Shown: one piece after another, positions 40,800 through 54,565 of the stretch
Numbering within the stretch: the first letter of the stretch is position 1
Layout of the letters: each line of letters begins with the position of its first letter
Source: Felis catus
Lineage: Eukaryota
Length of the DNA stretch: 64,000 nucleotides
Assembly: GCF_018350175.1 (NCBI RefSeq)
Contig: NC_058369.1
Span: 16,060,001 to 16,124,000 of the forward strand
Reading direction: 5' to 3'
The notes under the pieces: model-generated
What the model was told of the DNA's origin: nothing
What the model saw: only the letters and a program-made list of their open reading frames with translations
The model's database searches: none
Program-made: the position numbers and the translations under genes

Positions 40800-42540
40800 G
40801 ACGGACCTTCAGAACTCTGGACAGGGGGGTGATGGGAGAAGCCCCCTGACTCGCTCCCACCCAGAGTGGCTCTGGCACCACAGGAGTCAAAGATAGAAGT
40901 CTGGCACTTGACTTAAAATTTATTTTGGAGCATGGGTCCACTTTCTCCCCCAGGATAATGCTGCTGTCTAGCGACGCAAAATACCATTTCTGGCTCCAGG
41001 GCTCACGAAACACTCCGCATCCTGTCCGCGGGTCGTTGTCACGGGCTGGGCGTCTGGGGCTCCGCGGCTCTCCTGACCACTCCTTCAAGCCCCACTCTGA
41101 CCTCCGTGCCCCCCGCCCCTCCCGTGCCCGTGGCCGTGGGGCGCAGACAAGCTCCTGTTCCGGCCTCTGGCTCATCTCACTGGTCACGGACGTTGGTTCT
41201 TTCCTCGCACAGGAGCTCCGGAGGAGGCTGAAGTTTTCTCCATCCGGTCTGTGTGGAACGCAGAGCCTGTCTCTTCCGGTTTCACGTCTAAAACTTGTTC
41301 GTGATTGATTATTGACCCCACCGTAGCCTCCGCATGAGAGAAAGAGCAGGAAATGTCCACCCCGGCCGCAAGAACAACGGGCACATTCACAAGCCTCAGG
41401 GGCTTGTGTGCATTTGGGGACAAAGTTTACTCATTAGGTACGGGCCACTCGCTGTTGCCCGAGGATGTCAGTGCACAAAAGAACGTATTGAGGTTGGAAC
41501 TGAGCGGTGATGCGCAAGACATGAGGAGTGAACGTGCAAGAGAAGGCTTGAGAAGGAAACAGCTTCCTCAAACCAGGCTTCTGCCCCAGGGACAGCCCCC
41601 CTCCCCTGCCCATTCGAACCCTCGGGGCCATCAGAGGGCGGCCCCCTCCAGGAAGCCGAGTGGCCACGCCTGCACCCCCACTTCCAACAGTGGCCCCGAC
41701 GGAAGCGGTATTTGCTCATGGAATCTGTTGCCAATAATCACCAACCAGCCCACGTCGGCTTGTTTGCTCAGCTGTCGCCTTAGTTTCTAGGGAACTGCTG
41801 GTCCTGAGATGGGGGGACAAAGTACAGCTGAGTTTTGTTGTTAAAAGCCCACCAGCAGACACAGACATGGGCAGAACCGTGTTCCGGAGAAGGGTTTGGC
41901 AGGCCCGGCGGAACGCGCCCTCTGCTCAGCGCCAGGCAGATGGGTGCTTGATCACGGCTGCTTCTGGGAGTGCGGCTCCAACAAAACCACTGGGGGGCTC
42001 ATAGTTTTGTTTGTGTTACAATGTAACGCGAAAGAGAGACGGCCTGGAACGTCACTCATTCGTCACCGATGTGAGCAACTGACTTCTCTCCAGACTCAGG
42101 TCACGGTTTCCCGAAACTGGAGAGCCATAGCCTGCCTTGCTGCGCCAGTCACAATGTCACCACTGTGGAGGTAGCCCCCTCCGGAGCTTAATCGGCATTA
42201 TCCACATTTGCTCTATCACCCTTCCCTTAGTCTGACCCTAGACCATCAACCAAATGAGGCATCTATTAAGCCTTGGCCGGTAACATTTGCCGAGTGCCGC
42301 GGTGTAAAACCTCCCCCGTGGCTGGTTTCACGCCACCGACGTGGATGGTTGTCTCCGAAGAGGGGACTGGAAAGAGAGAAGTAATATCACCTTATATGGC
42401 ACAGATACAATAGGCGTAAGCAGCCTCAGGAGCCCCAGGAGGGCAAGGGAAGGAAGTTGAGAATGGGGCAAAATCTTGCAAATTCTTGACAGTCTAACAG
42501 CAGGTTCTCACGAGCCAGGAGGGGCCGGGCCCGACACAGC
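40800..42540 (-). mobile_element. MER63D/BLACKJACK-like hAT DNA transposon remnant (left boundary uncertain)
   Basis: 42000-42540 resembles the recalled MER63 consensus in reverse; extension to ~40.8 kb as internal sequence is inferred. Confidence 0.5.
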
Positions 42541-42674
42541 CCAGCTCCTGTCGCAGAACTCCGCCCGACAGACGCGAGCACGCGAGAGCACCCAAAACGC
42601 AACAGGAGGGTGCATCAGAGCTTTCCCCCAACCATCCGAAACGTCTGTGAGTGATAGGCTTGAAAAGACATAAA

Positions 42675-44130
42675 TGGGGGCGCCTGGGTGGCGCAGTCGG
42701 TTAAGCATCCGACTTCAGCCAGGTCACGATCTCGCGGTCCGTGAGTTCGAGCCCCGTGTCAGGCTCTGGGCTGATGGCTCAGAGCCTGGAGCCTGTTTCC
42801 GATTCTGTGTCTTCCTCTCTCTCTGCCCCTCCCCTGTTCATGCTCTGTCTCTCTCTGTCCCAAAAATAAATAAACGTTGAAAAAAAAATTAAAAAAAAAA
42901 AAAAAGAAAAGACATAAATGATAAAGAAAATCAGCAAAGTAAATAATAATACTATAAACTAAGCCAGGAGCACGAGGCCCTTGCTGCTACCTTCTACTGT
43001 ATGGCTGAATCTCACAAATACAGAGCTGAGCAAGAGAGAGGGGACAGAAAGGAGCACTGTCACCTTCCTGCGTCTACAAAGCTCAAGGGCAGGTCAAATC
43101 AGCCGGTGATGTCACAAGATACAAGAGTGGGAGGGGAGCCTGGGGGGCTCCGTCAGTTAAGCGTCCGGCTTCGGCTCAGGTCATGATCTCGTGGTTTGTG
43201 GGTTCGAGCCCCGCGTCGGGCTCTGTGCCGACGGCTCGGAGCCCGGAGCCTGCTTCGGATTCTGTGTCTCCCTCTCTCTCTGCCCCTCCTCCACTTGTGC
43301 TCTGTCTCTCTCTGTCTCTCAAAAATAAAATAAATGTAAAAAAAAAAAAATTAGAAAAAGACCTGTCTGTTGTATCGACCATCAAACAACCAAAGATGAT
43401 CTTTAGACTCCGTCGGAGACATGAGACTAAGGTATTCTGTTATTCAGAAGACATATGTGCTGGATATGGGGGGTATGGGTCAGCACATTACACACATTTG
43501 GTAGCAGTTACTAGAAAAACTAAACAAGTTGGATTTCTCTAAACAAATTGACCTTCACATGTCAGATAGCTTTTCAGGGAATATTTCAAGTGTGAGTGCT
43601 GATTTTCATAGCCCTTGATTATACTATATCAAACATTTGAAATCTCTCTGGATCATCTTTTCATTTAGCTTTAGTTTAGTTTATTTTTTAATTTTTCTAA
43701 TGTTTATTTTTGAGAGACAGAAAGAGTGTGAGTGAGGAAGGGGCAGAGCGAGGGGGAGGCACAGAATCCGAAGCAGGCTCCAGGCTCTGAGCTGTCAGCA
43801 CAGAGCCTGACGTGGGGCTCGAACTCACGAACCGTGAGATCATGACCTGAGCTGCAGTCAGACGCTTAACCAACTGAGCCACCCAGGTGCCCCTCATTTG
43901 TTTTAGAAGAAGGTTTTGGGGAGCCTGGGTGGCTCAGTTGGGTAAGCATCCCACTTCAGCTCAGGACATGATCTCGTGGTTCATGGGTTCGAGCCCCACG
44001 TCAGGCTCTGTGCTGACAGTTCACAGCCTGGAGCCTGCTTCGGATTCTGTATCTCCCCCTCTCTCTCTGCCCCTCCCCTGCTTGCACTCTGTTTCTCTCT
44101 CTCAAAAATAAACCAACATTACAAAAAAGA
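42675..44130. mobile_element. Cluster of four Can-SINEs (+42675-42905, +43133-43350, -43685-43893, +43918-44130)
   Basis: SINE heads and tails; TSD AAAAGACATAAATG on the first. Confidence 0.9.
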
Positions 44131-44630
44131 AGAAGAGTGGTAACTTTGGGGAGTAGGAGGGCAGGAAAGTGATTGACGGGGGCAGGAGTGGGGCTTTGGG
44201 GTACTGGTTACATGAGGTACTTGGGTGGTGATCACATGAAGGGATTCATGTCGTGATAACTCATCCAGCTGTACAAATATTAACGATGCGCTTTTCTAGA
44301 CATTTGTTATTCATCAATAAAAGCTTATTTTTAAAAGCCACCAGCGTGAAGGCATACGCCTGGCTGCAAGCCTGGCCGCGGCCTCCTTGGTCCCCCACAG
44401 GTGCTGCCCATGTTCAGGATGTGTCAGAAATGCTCCTCCAGGAGCCCTCTGGAAACTGCAAGCAAAGCTCTTCCTGAAAAACCACCTCCTCCCTCAAATG
44501 TCAACCCTTGCCAGTGCCTGAAGAGAGAAGGGATGGGTGGGAGAGAGTGGGGATGAATATTTGTAGATGGACACAAGTTATGGTTGCCCAAGTCACAGTG
44601 GGATGGGTGCTTGAGCTGGGGCATGGGCTC

Positions 44631-44812
44631 TGGGGAAGGAAGGAAAGAAGGAAGGGAGGGAAGGAAGAAGGAAGGAAGGAGGAAGGAAGGTGGAGAGGGA
44701 GGGAAGGAGGCAGGAAGGGAGGGAGGGAGGGAGGGAGGGAAGGAAGAAGGAAGGAAGGAAGGAAGGAAGGAAGGAAGGAAGGAAGGAAGGAAGGAAGGGG
44801 GAGGGAGAAGAA
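44631..44812. repeat. Polypurine (GGAA/GGGA)n tract
   Basis: Read directly. Confidence 0.95.
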
Positions 44813-46949
44813 CAAAGATGTTTGGCAGACCCTGGCGAGCCCCTGAGCACAGGACCAGGCACTGTTTTGGACACTGTGCTTCCACTACTCGTTGGGTCCT
44901 CGGCCACCCCTGTGCGGTAGATCCTGCCATCATTCTGCCCATCTCACAGATGAGGAGGTTGAGGCTTGGGAATGAGGGAAGGCTGAAACGTCCCCCCAGA
45001 CGACCGCAGGTCCCATACCCTCCCCCTACTCCCCTAGAAAACTGCACATCCCTGCTGGGAAGTCAGTGCCAAGAAGGGCCCGAAATGTTCTGCCCCAGAA
45101 TGCTCTGCCAATGTCCACACTCCTCCCACACTCGCACTGAGCCCTTATGATCTGGGGCCCCCAGGATATTGTTGATCAAGATTAACTGTGGTCGATGAAG
45201 CAGGGACTTCAAAGGAGACACAGGAGGAATAAGGAAACAAACGAAAGAAAAATCAGAGTCAAATGTTCCCAGCAGGTGCTGACACCTGTTCCCAGCCAGG
45301 GCTGATCCCCGAAGGCAAAGGCGCCGTCCCATCTCACACCCCCACCCCTGCCCACCTCCTGGGGCAAGGCAGGGCGAGAGCCTGCGCCTTAGGGCAGAGA
45401 GGACAAGACTTCCGCACACTTGGGGGCTGCTGAGTGGGCTCCAGACTGGAAAGAGTCACCATGACCTATGGGTCTGTCCCCTGGGGCCATGCTTCCTCCC
45501 AGGCCAGCCTCCAGCTCTCCCGAGCCCAGCCAACTCCAGGAGGAGCCCAACCAACTCCTGGAGGAGCGTGCCTTCTTCCTTTCTTTGTTGATTCCATTCT
45601 GAGTCGGTCCGATCTCAGCCCAGGCCCCAGCTGGGGTTTCAGGGAGCAGGAAAGGAGGAAGGTCAGGGGTACAGGCGGGTTGAGCCCGAGGCAGATGGCC
45701 CAGAAAGTGATGACAAGTCAGGCTGGCTGGGCTGCAGGCTTTTTTCTCCCAGGTTCCGGGTTCCAGCTGTGCTCTGGGCCCCCGACGGACCCACCGTCCA
45801 CTGGGCTCCCTGCTGGCGAGGAGGCATGAGCAGGAATGGGGTGCTGGGGCAAGGAGGGAGGCCTGGTGGGAAAGAGGGGCTTCTCCGGCGCAAGATGTCC
45901 ACCCACAGTTCCCGTGACAGCCGCCGGTGGCTGTGGAGGACCGTTGCCCGCTTCCTGTCAATCACAGAGACACTGAGGTCACAGACAAGGCTGGCGGGGG
46001 TGGGGGAGGCTTCCGAGGACCCAACCCAACACAGCTCCTAGGGAGAGTCATGGGCCTTCTAGAGAAGAGGGCGGAGGAGGTATCCACCGCCTAGAAGGCC
46101 CTCCGGCCTCTCCCTTCCTCTGATTTTACAGAACCCACTCCTGCTGGCTGCCTCCTTTATGCCCATGGGTGTTGGCAGTCACACCCGTAAAGCGGTTATT
46201 TAAACATCTTCCTCAAAAGGTCAAAGTTCGTTGCAGTAACGCTGGGAATTTATGGTGCATTAACTGCGGCCACTATTGGCTAGGAGTAGAAACAAAGGCC
46301 CGGTCAGGTGGCTGTCGACCCGCCGTTGCCGGGGCCGGGGTCAGGGTGCGTGCTGTGGCCACCGGGTGAAAACCTTCCCTTGGGACTGCGTGTCAGGTCT
46401 ACACTGCGGGCTCACTTCTCGGAGGAGGAGGAAGCTGGGAGGCCCTGGGCGTGATGCACACCGGGACTGCCACCCTCTACGCAAAGGCTCAGGACAGAGC
46501 TCAGTAGAGCAGGTGTCCCAGAGAACCGTCGGGAAGCTTCGGAGGGCACCTGCAGCCCTGGGAGAGGAAAGACAGAAAGGACAGGAATGACGGGACAGAG
46601 CACACGTGTGTTCGTTCCTTCAGTGAAAGGAGGCCGCGGTTTCAAGAAGGAACAGCACATCTGTGCCCAGAAACCCTCTCTCCCGCAGGCCACACTATAG
46701 ACCCCGGTCCCCTGGCAGGAACAAGGAAGCTCCAGGGATTCCTGCCTCCTGATCCGCAGCAGTGCCTTTGTGGGCTACGCGGGAGGAAGGCCCAAGGCAG
46801 AAATGTTGCCAAGGGTGGGGAGGGATGATCTCAGGCGGGGCAGTCACCCAGAGCCTGATTGATGTAAACCAGCCACAAGGTGAATAGCTGCCTTCAGCTT
46901 CCATTGGTGCATCCGGTCCTACAGGAGTGGCATTTCCAGTTTGCCAGTT

Positions 46950-47080
46950 GGGACCTCAGTTTTCTCACCTCTAAAATGGGAACAGTAATCTCCATGGTGG
47001 TGGTGAGGATTGGACAACTTATAAGAAGCTTAACATGGTGTCTGGTGCACTGAGGAAATGTTGGTTCCAGTCTTCCTTTT
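46950..47080 (+). mobile_element. MIR fragment
   Basis: CCTCAGTTTTCTCACCTCTAAAATGGGAACAGTAAT MIR core. Confidence 0.7.
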
Positions 47081-47140
47081 TGTCCCATCTGCCGGGCACC
47101 CAAGCTACATGCTGCTAGGGTTTCACAACCACTGGGTATA

Positions 47141-47318
47141 AGAATGAATCAATCAATCAATCAGTGAACGAATGAATGAATGAGTGATGAATGCGTCAGT
47201 GAATGAATGAATCAACCAGTCAATAAGTGATGAATGAATGAATCAATCAATGAATCCACGAATGAGTGAGTGAATGAATGGATGGATGGATGAGCGAATG
47301 AGTGAATGAATGAGTGAA
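47141..47318. repeat. Degenerate (GAAT)n tetranucleotide repeat
   Basis: Read directly. Confidence 0.9.
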
Positions 47319-47599
47319 AGGAGGCAGGGAGGAAAGGGAACAAGGAAGAAAGGGAGGAGGGTAGACACTAGGAATGCCAACAGTACAGATTCCACTTCCA
47401 AATTCCTCAGAGCCTCCCTGGGAGTTCCAGGCTGAGCCAGGGCTCCAGGGCCAGGGCTGTTCCCCACCCTGAGCCCTCCCCCTGTCACACCTCAGCCGGA
47501 GGGCCTGTCAAAGGCCTGCAAACTTTGCTGAACTTTCCAGGGGGTGGGGGAGGTTCCCAGCAAGAGCCAGGCTGCATCACCCATAAGCACAAACATGAT

Positions 47600-47822
47600 G
47601 GGGCGCCTGGGTGGCTCAGTTGGTTAAGCGGCCAACTTCAGCTCAGGTCACGATCTCGCGGTCCGTGAGTTCGAGCCCCGTGTCGGGCTCTGGGCTGATG
47701 GCTCAGAGCCTGGAGCCTGTTTCCGATTCTGTGTCTCCCTCTCTCTCTGCCCCTCCCCCATTCATGCTCTGTCTCTCTCTCTCTCAAAAATAAATAAACG
47801 TTAAAAAAAAATTAAAAAAAAC
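47600..47822 (+). mobile_element. Can-SINE
   Basis: Canonical head/tail. Confidence 0.92.
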
Positions 47823-48509
47823 AAAAGTGCTTGAAGTTCTCAAAGCCTCAATAAATGTTTCTTCGCCTCTGTTGTGGCTCCACAGGTACCCAGAGGGACA
47901 AGGGCTTGAGGGACTAGGTCTGGACGGGGTCTGGTCGGCTTTGCGGAAGTGTTCTGTAACTGTGCTACGTCTCTCTTTCTCCCTCTCCTCCTCCCCGGCC
48001 CCCCCCTCCTCCCTTGTCCTCCCCCTCTCCCCTTCTCTCTCAAATAGATCAGACACCCTTCCCAGAAGGCAGAGAGCTGTAGGCCCCAGAAGCCTGGACC
48101 CCCGCAGGAAGGGCGGCCACAACTTGTCTCTAGAAGGACAAGCCGAAGTCCTATTCCCGATGCCCTCAGCAGAGGGGCTGGAGGTTCAGGCAGCCAGGAT
48201 TCAGGAAGGTTTTAACAGCAAAAAATAGAAATCTGAAAGGCCTCTCCAGCTCAGCTAGTTCCCTGAAGGTAGAGGGGAGGAGCAGGGCGGCTGGCCACCT
48301 GCTCTCCTTCCCTGGGGCTAAGACACAGTGGGGGGGACTCCTGCCATCCACTCACTCAAGTGGCATTTAGCAAGTACTGGGCTAGGCGGAGGACCTACCA
48401 GTTCGAACACAACCAAAGTCCCTTCCCTCTAGCGAACATTCCGGGCCCAGTGAAGTGGGGAAAGGCAGATGACATCAACATCCGAGGGCAGAAACATGAC
48501 CGGAACTCT

Positions 48510-49004
48510 TGAAAGATAAACTAAGGCTGGGGCGCCTGGGGGGGCTCAGTCAGTGAAGCATCTGACTCTTGATTTCAGCTCAGGTCCTGATCTCCCAGTT
48601 GGTGAGTTCGCCCCGGGCTCTGCACTCACAGCGCAGAGCCTGCTTGGGATTCTCGGTCTCCCTCTGTCTCTGCCCCGCCCCATTTCACGTAATCTCCCTC
48701 CCTCTCTTTCTCTCTCTCTCAAAAATAAGTAAACATTAAAAAAAAAGATAAACTGAGGCATACTAAAAATTTTAAGAGTTTATCCGAGCACAAATCCTCA
48801 CCAGGCGGGCAGAGCCAAGCCAGAAGGGGTTAGGAATGCTCCAGCGACAGGAGCGACGAGCAAAGAAAGGAAATTCTTGAGTGGTTGTAGTTCAAAGTCT
48901 CGTTGGCTGTTTGTGATGGGTTGTCCTTATCATTTTGTTGTCTGTTTGTTTGTTTGTTTGTTTTATTTTAGAGACAGCGCATACAAGCAGAGGAGGAGCA
49001 GAGG

Positions 49005-49048
<44 letters not shown>

Positions 49049-49290
49049 CCCAAGCAGGCTCGGCCAGCAGCGCAGAGCCTGACGCGGGGCTCGATCCCAT
49101 GACCCAGGATCACGACCTGAGCCAAAGTCAAGAGTCAGACACTCAACTGACTGAGCCCCCCAGGCGCCCATTCCTTATCATTTTGACTTCAAAACCTTGA
49201 GGACTTCACAGGCTCAGACTTTGGATTGCTGGTATAAGGGATGCCCCAGCACTGGAGCCACCTCAGGCTGGTGGCCCCCACGGTCTCAAT
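48510..49290. mobile_element. LTR-like element interrupted by two Can-SINEs (+48529-48745, -48945-49170)
   Basis: Begins TGAAAGATAAACT like the copy at 55139; SINE TSDs AAAGATAAACT(A/G)AGGC and CCTTATCATTTTG. Confidence 0.7.
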
Positions 49291-50334
49291 GCTGCCACGG
49301 GGTTTCCTGCAGGGGGCCGTAGCATGCTCACTCCGCATCTCTCTCCACCAGCGGGGTGCGGCACATCCTGAGGCACACAGCCCGAGGCGTGGCAGCAGGG
49401 GGGATCCCCGTTGTCCTCACTCACAACTTGGGGCTCTGTCCCTAGAAGGGCTGAGGCTCTATTCCCTGGAAGTAAATCCAGCCAACCCAGAAGAGGGGTG
49501 GAGGGACCAAACCAAATCTCACCTCCTGGAGGGGGGTGGGAAGCTCTACATCTGTTCCTGGGAGTTCTTCTGTAAAGATTGGTCTTTCGCTCGTATTTTT
49601 AATCCGCCCAATCATCTATTTCTATCAGTGTGAATTCATGTATGTTTATGTTATACTTTGGGTTATCATCCAATACTATGTTACTTTGTGGCTCAGATCG
49701 TCCCAGCTTTGCCCTTCCGGAGCTCAGTCAAGTTGGTCCCCACCATCATCTTTCTGGTTTTTAAGCCCTTCCTTACTTTCGGGCACTACACGATGCCCCG
49801 GGCTCATCTTGTATTATGCATTTCCTACCACCTCACCAAGGAGCCGCCATTCTTTTACTAGACAATGGTATTAAAAACCAAGTTGTGAGCACTGGGTGTG
49901 CTTGCTGCTTCCAGAACCTTCCGCAGACCTGGGTGGATGCGTGCATGGCTAACAAACGCAAGTCTGGACACAGACATACGTCCCCTGTTTCTGTATCTAC
50001 CCATCTGAGCACACACTGAGCTCTCTGGGACCGTCTCCAGTTCCAATCCAGCCCTCAGGATTCATCCCAGCCTTCTTCCAGCCTCCCTCTCCTACAGTGC
50101 GAACAACCTGGCCCCCACCTCTGTCGTCCGTGTGCTTACTTGTGTGTTGCCCCCCCCCACCCCCACCCCACACGCCTATGAAGCAACTTCAGAATGCTCC
50201 CCTCCGGGAACCACACTCAGCAATTAGATGCAATACCTGCAGACCCTTTCAGCTTGAGCCCGACCATGCCCGGGCAAACCCTACTTTCCAAACTCAGTTG
50301 GATGGGCACCTTTTCCTCCAGGGGCTTCGGGGAG

Positions 50335-50980
50335 GTTCTGTCACGCATTTGTAGAAAGTTTGGGTCAGTCCTAATGGGTCTCCCACCTCTGAACATACCC
50401 TTTCAGCGTCCTTTGGAGGGAGCACGATCACTTTCCAGTAAGCTTTCTCGGTAGAGGGCGCTGGAGGGACACGGCAGGAGGAAACCCTTCAGCCATCTCC
50501 AGAGTGGAGGGGGGCGGAGGGAGGGCGGATGTGAGGACTGGCCTCGGGGCTGCCACTTCACAGCCTGGGTCAGGTGCTAACCCAGCAGCCCTCGCAACTC
50601 AGAGCTTGGAGCCCCGTGGAACTTGTGTGCCCCGCAGGCCTGCCGAGCGCTGGCACCCAGGCTCCCCCCCTCAGGAAGTTCCGTGTGGCCTGCACGCAGT
50701 GACCTGTGGCCCCAAGGGTCACAGGCTCACCTGCAGCCCCCCTGTACAAGCCTCCACGTGGCCCAGGCACCCAGAAGGCCTCCTGCCCCCGCTGGTGCCC
50801 AGTGAGCCACACCTTCTCCAAAGACACCTGACCCCTTCCGAGTATGTCCTTGCTTGAAAGTCTCCTCCCGCTCTGCAGTGTCATAGAGAGCGGCCCTCTC
50901 CCTATGGTTAGTCTTGTGGTATAGTTTATGTTTCTGTATCAACTCCTCTACTACCCTAGGGGCATCCCCCCCGGGAGAGA
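50335..50980. mobile_element. Old ERVL-type LTR (LTR41-like) with CTCF-like motif
   Basis: GTAGAGGGCGCTGGAGGGACAC resembles recalled LTR41 sequence. Confidence 0.4.
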
Positions 50981-51479
50981 AGGTGGGCCTTGGGCTCAGA
51001 GGAAGCATCCTAATTTAATAAAGCTGCCCAAGTATGGCACCCACCCTTAGGTTGTATGAATTTCCTTATGTTTTAGTGCAAGTGATTCCCTACACGACAT
51101 AGACTACCCTGCTGTGGGGTTCTGTTCTTCCTTAAGGGGTATCATACTGTATCTATTTTCAGCAACTTGAATTCTTGGCTCCACACTACGATTGGGAGAT
51201 AGGTCCACGTTGATATACGTAGCTCTAGTTCAGAGGTCAGCAGTACACGGCCAGGTAATGGGTATTTTTCGCTGTATGAAAGAGGCAGAATGGAGGGTAT
51301 TTTGTAATGTGTTGATGTAACAAAAGGGAAAGCAGATTTCTACAAAACTTTTCTTGATGCAATTCAAAAGGTAATAATAGTTGAATAAAAATCGTAATAT
51401 GGGTCTAATAACAAGAAGACTGAAATTCTCTCTTTTTTTTTTTTTGAGCCACCCAGGCACCCTGGTATTTTTTATTAAA

Positions 51480-54300
51480 CTTTTAATGTCCATCATAATA
51501 AATCCGTAGCGATGATGTCCCCACTTTCATTTCTAATATGAGTAATTTGTGTCCTCTCTCTCTCTCCTTTTTTTTTTTTTTGCTCTGACATAATCATATA
51601 TTTCCATCTTTGATTACAAAATAAATGCACGTATGCTTAAAAACATCATTGCAAATCTTACAGACATTAAAAAGAGTATTAAGGTAATATCAACATCTTT
51701 GTGTTATCCTGATCCTGAAAACATATACACCAATTCTAAGGAGAAAACTATAAACTAATATTCCTTCACATAAATACAATAATTCTCAAACTATATTATC
51801 AAATCAAATTGGAAAAATGTAGAAAACTAATACCGAATTACCGGTAGCATTCACCCTGGAAAGAAATATTGGTTTTATATCCATTATATACCTCATTGGA
51901 ATTTGCCACTTTATTTTATTCTTTTAATTTAACTTAAATCCAAGTTAGTTACCATATTGAAATTCTTTTAGATTAACATCAAAGTTAATGTTCCCTATCT
52001 ATTGCAATTGTTCATCTTTATCAACCATTCTTGGTTCTTGGGTTGTACAAAAACAGGTGATGGGTCAGATTTGGCTGCAGGTAGTAATTTTCTGACCCCT
52101 AGTTCATTTATTTGTACTGCTGTATAAAATTCCATTGGGTGACTCTAAAAAATGCATTCATTTATTCACAGGGAATGGAGGAGTTACAGTTGTTTGATAT
52201 TAAAATGCTATTTCTACAAATAGTCTAGTTTGTATCTGTGCACTACATGTATAAGTGTTCTTCTGGGTAGCATACATAGAAGTAGAACTGTCAATAGTTG
52301 AATAGGGCATGTGGATCTTTAATACTGAACTGCCTTCCAAGGTGGGTATACTAATTTCTATTAAGTCAGCAGTGTATATGTAGATGTGCTGGGCCACATG
52401 CTTATAAACACTTGGTATATTATCAGTGTTTTAGGTTTTTCAAATATGTGTATGATACTATGGCATTTTTACTTTAATTTTCATTTCTGGATTACAGGTG
52501 AGGTTGAATATCTTTTCAAATGCTCGTTGACCTTTCATGCTTTCTCTTCTGTAAATTGCCTGTTCATACCTTTTGCCCATTCTTCTATTGAGTTGTTTAT
52601 ATTTTTCTCATTGATTTGTGAAAGTTCTTCATACATCGATTAACCCCTTTTTAGTTCAAATGTGTTTGTGGCTCTGTGGCTTCTATTTTCCATGTTCAAG
52701 TGTGTCTTAGGAGGGAAAAAGCTTAGTTAAATGCATAGCTCTTCTTCTTGTGTCTTGTTTAAGCATGTACTTGAAAAAGTTTTGAAATTTTCCTTTTTCA
52801 TATTTAAGTTCTTAATCTACAGGAAATTAAGGTAGGGATCTAACTGAATTTATTGGATAGCACATTGTCCTGGATAAATGGATTGGTAGCTCCACCATTT
52901 CCTAATAATCTTTAGGGCTGTCTCTCTCATATATCACATCTCTACATATGGGTGGGTCTATTCTGGGCTGTCTATTCTGTTTCATTAGACAGTTGGTGAA
53001 CACTGCTTTGATTTACTAGTTGTGTGTGTTTTAATTAAATGTTGATACCTAATAAGGAGAATTTCTGCCCCAACTTGATCGTCTTTAAAATGGTCTTAGT
53101 TACTTCTGTACAAATTTTAGAATCAAACTTGTCAAGTTCTATGAAAAATCTTCTTAGATTTTTTTTACTGAAACTGCATTGAGCTTTTAGATTAATTTGG
53201 GAAATCAAGACATTTTTATGCAGACTTACCTGACCTGTTCACATATCATAGTTCTCCTTTGGGAAATATTTGGGTCTTTCAAAAATGTCTTTTATAAAAT
53301 TATAGAATTTTTCCATAAAATTTTCAACATCCTTTGTTAGATTTATTCCTAGGTCCCTTAATTTTTTATTGTTACTGCTGTTGTAAATGTCACTTTAAAA
53401 AAATCTTTTTTTTTTAAGAGCCTCTATAGAAATGTACATAAGTTGGGTCTGTGCACCCTATATGTAGAAACCTTGTTGAACTCTTAATAATTCTTATCAT
53501 TTATCTATAAATTCCTTGGGGATTTTTTTCCCTATGTAAACAATCATACTGTCTGTGAATAATGGCAGGTTTTCTTTCTCTCTTCCTAATCCCTATAACC
53601 ATTTTGTTAACAACTTATTGGGCTGCCTAGGGCCTCTATTACAATGTGGAATAGAATTTCACATGTTAAATGATGGCTGGTACCCTTGTCTCATTTCTGA
53701 TTTTTAAGGGTAAACTTCTATTATTTCAGCTTGGAGAATGATTTTGCTGTTGAGTTTTATTAGATACTCTATCAAACAAAGCAATTCCCTTCTATTCCTA
53801 GTTTGCTAAGATTTTTTTTTCTTTTTGTCTTACATGGATGTTGGATTTTACCAAATACCATTATTTTATTTTATACCATTTTGAAGATTATATGTCAATC
53901 GGGTGAATTACAATAATAATTTTCTATTAAGACATTCTTCCATTTCTAGCATAAATTCAAGTTGGTCAAGATGCATTTTACAATACATTGCAAGGTTGAC
54001 TTTGCTGGGGTTTTTTGTTATTGTATATAGGTTTTTTTTTTAAATATATATATGTTAAGTTCTCGGTGACATGGCCTACAATTTGTCTTCTTGACTGTTT
54101 TTAATCAACATTATACTGCGCTAATGAGTTATCAAGTGTGACTTCTTTTTCTATACATGTAAAAAAAAAAATGTGTAAGGTTGGAATTACCTTTTCCTTG
54201 AATGTTTTATAGAACTCACCTAGAAAACAAACGTAGATCACACAACCTAGTCCCAGTTTGGGTGGCTTTCTTTAATAATTATCGAAACAGTCAAATGCTA
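51480..54300 (-). mobile_element. Old L1 fragments, mostly antisense, forming an AT-rich block
   Basis: T-rich L1 antisense phrases (GGTGAGGTTGAATATCTTTTCA, CCTTCTATTCCTAGTTTGCTAAG). Confidence 0.8.
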
Positions 54301-54565
54301 ACTGTGATGTTTTATAATTTTGGCCAGCTATTTGTTTCCTCTGTTTCTTTTTATTTTATTTATTTTAGGTAATATGTGTTTATTTTATTTAAGTTTAATA
54401 TTATCAAAATCTCCAAAGTAGAAAGCTGAAACACATATGTGTCACACACGTAGCTGAAAAAGAACGAATATGGAAGATATATATATATATATATTTTTTT
54501 TTTTTTAATTCCAACAAACCAACAAAATAAAGTTAAACCACTCAGTTTTCAAAATGAAGTAAAAG

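Noticed and set aside
40711..41790. Several medium ORFs suggesting a pseudogene
   Set aside because: No recognisable protein; multiple stops; adjacent to and probably part of the hAT relic
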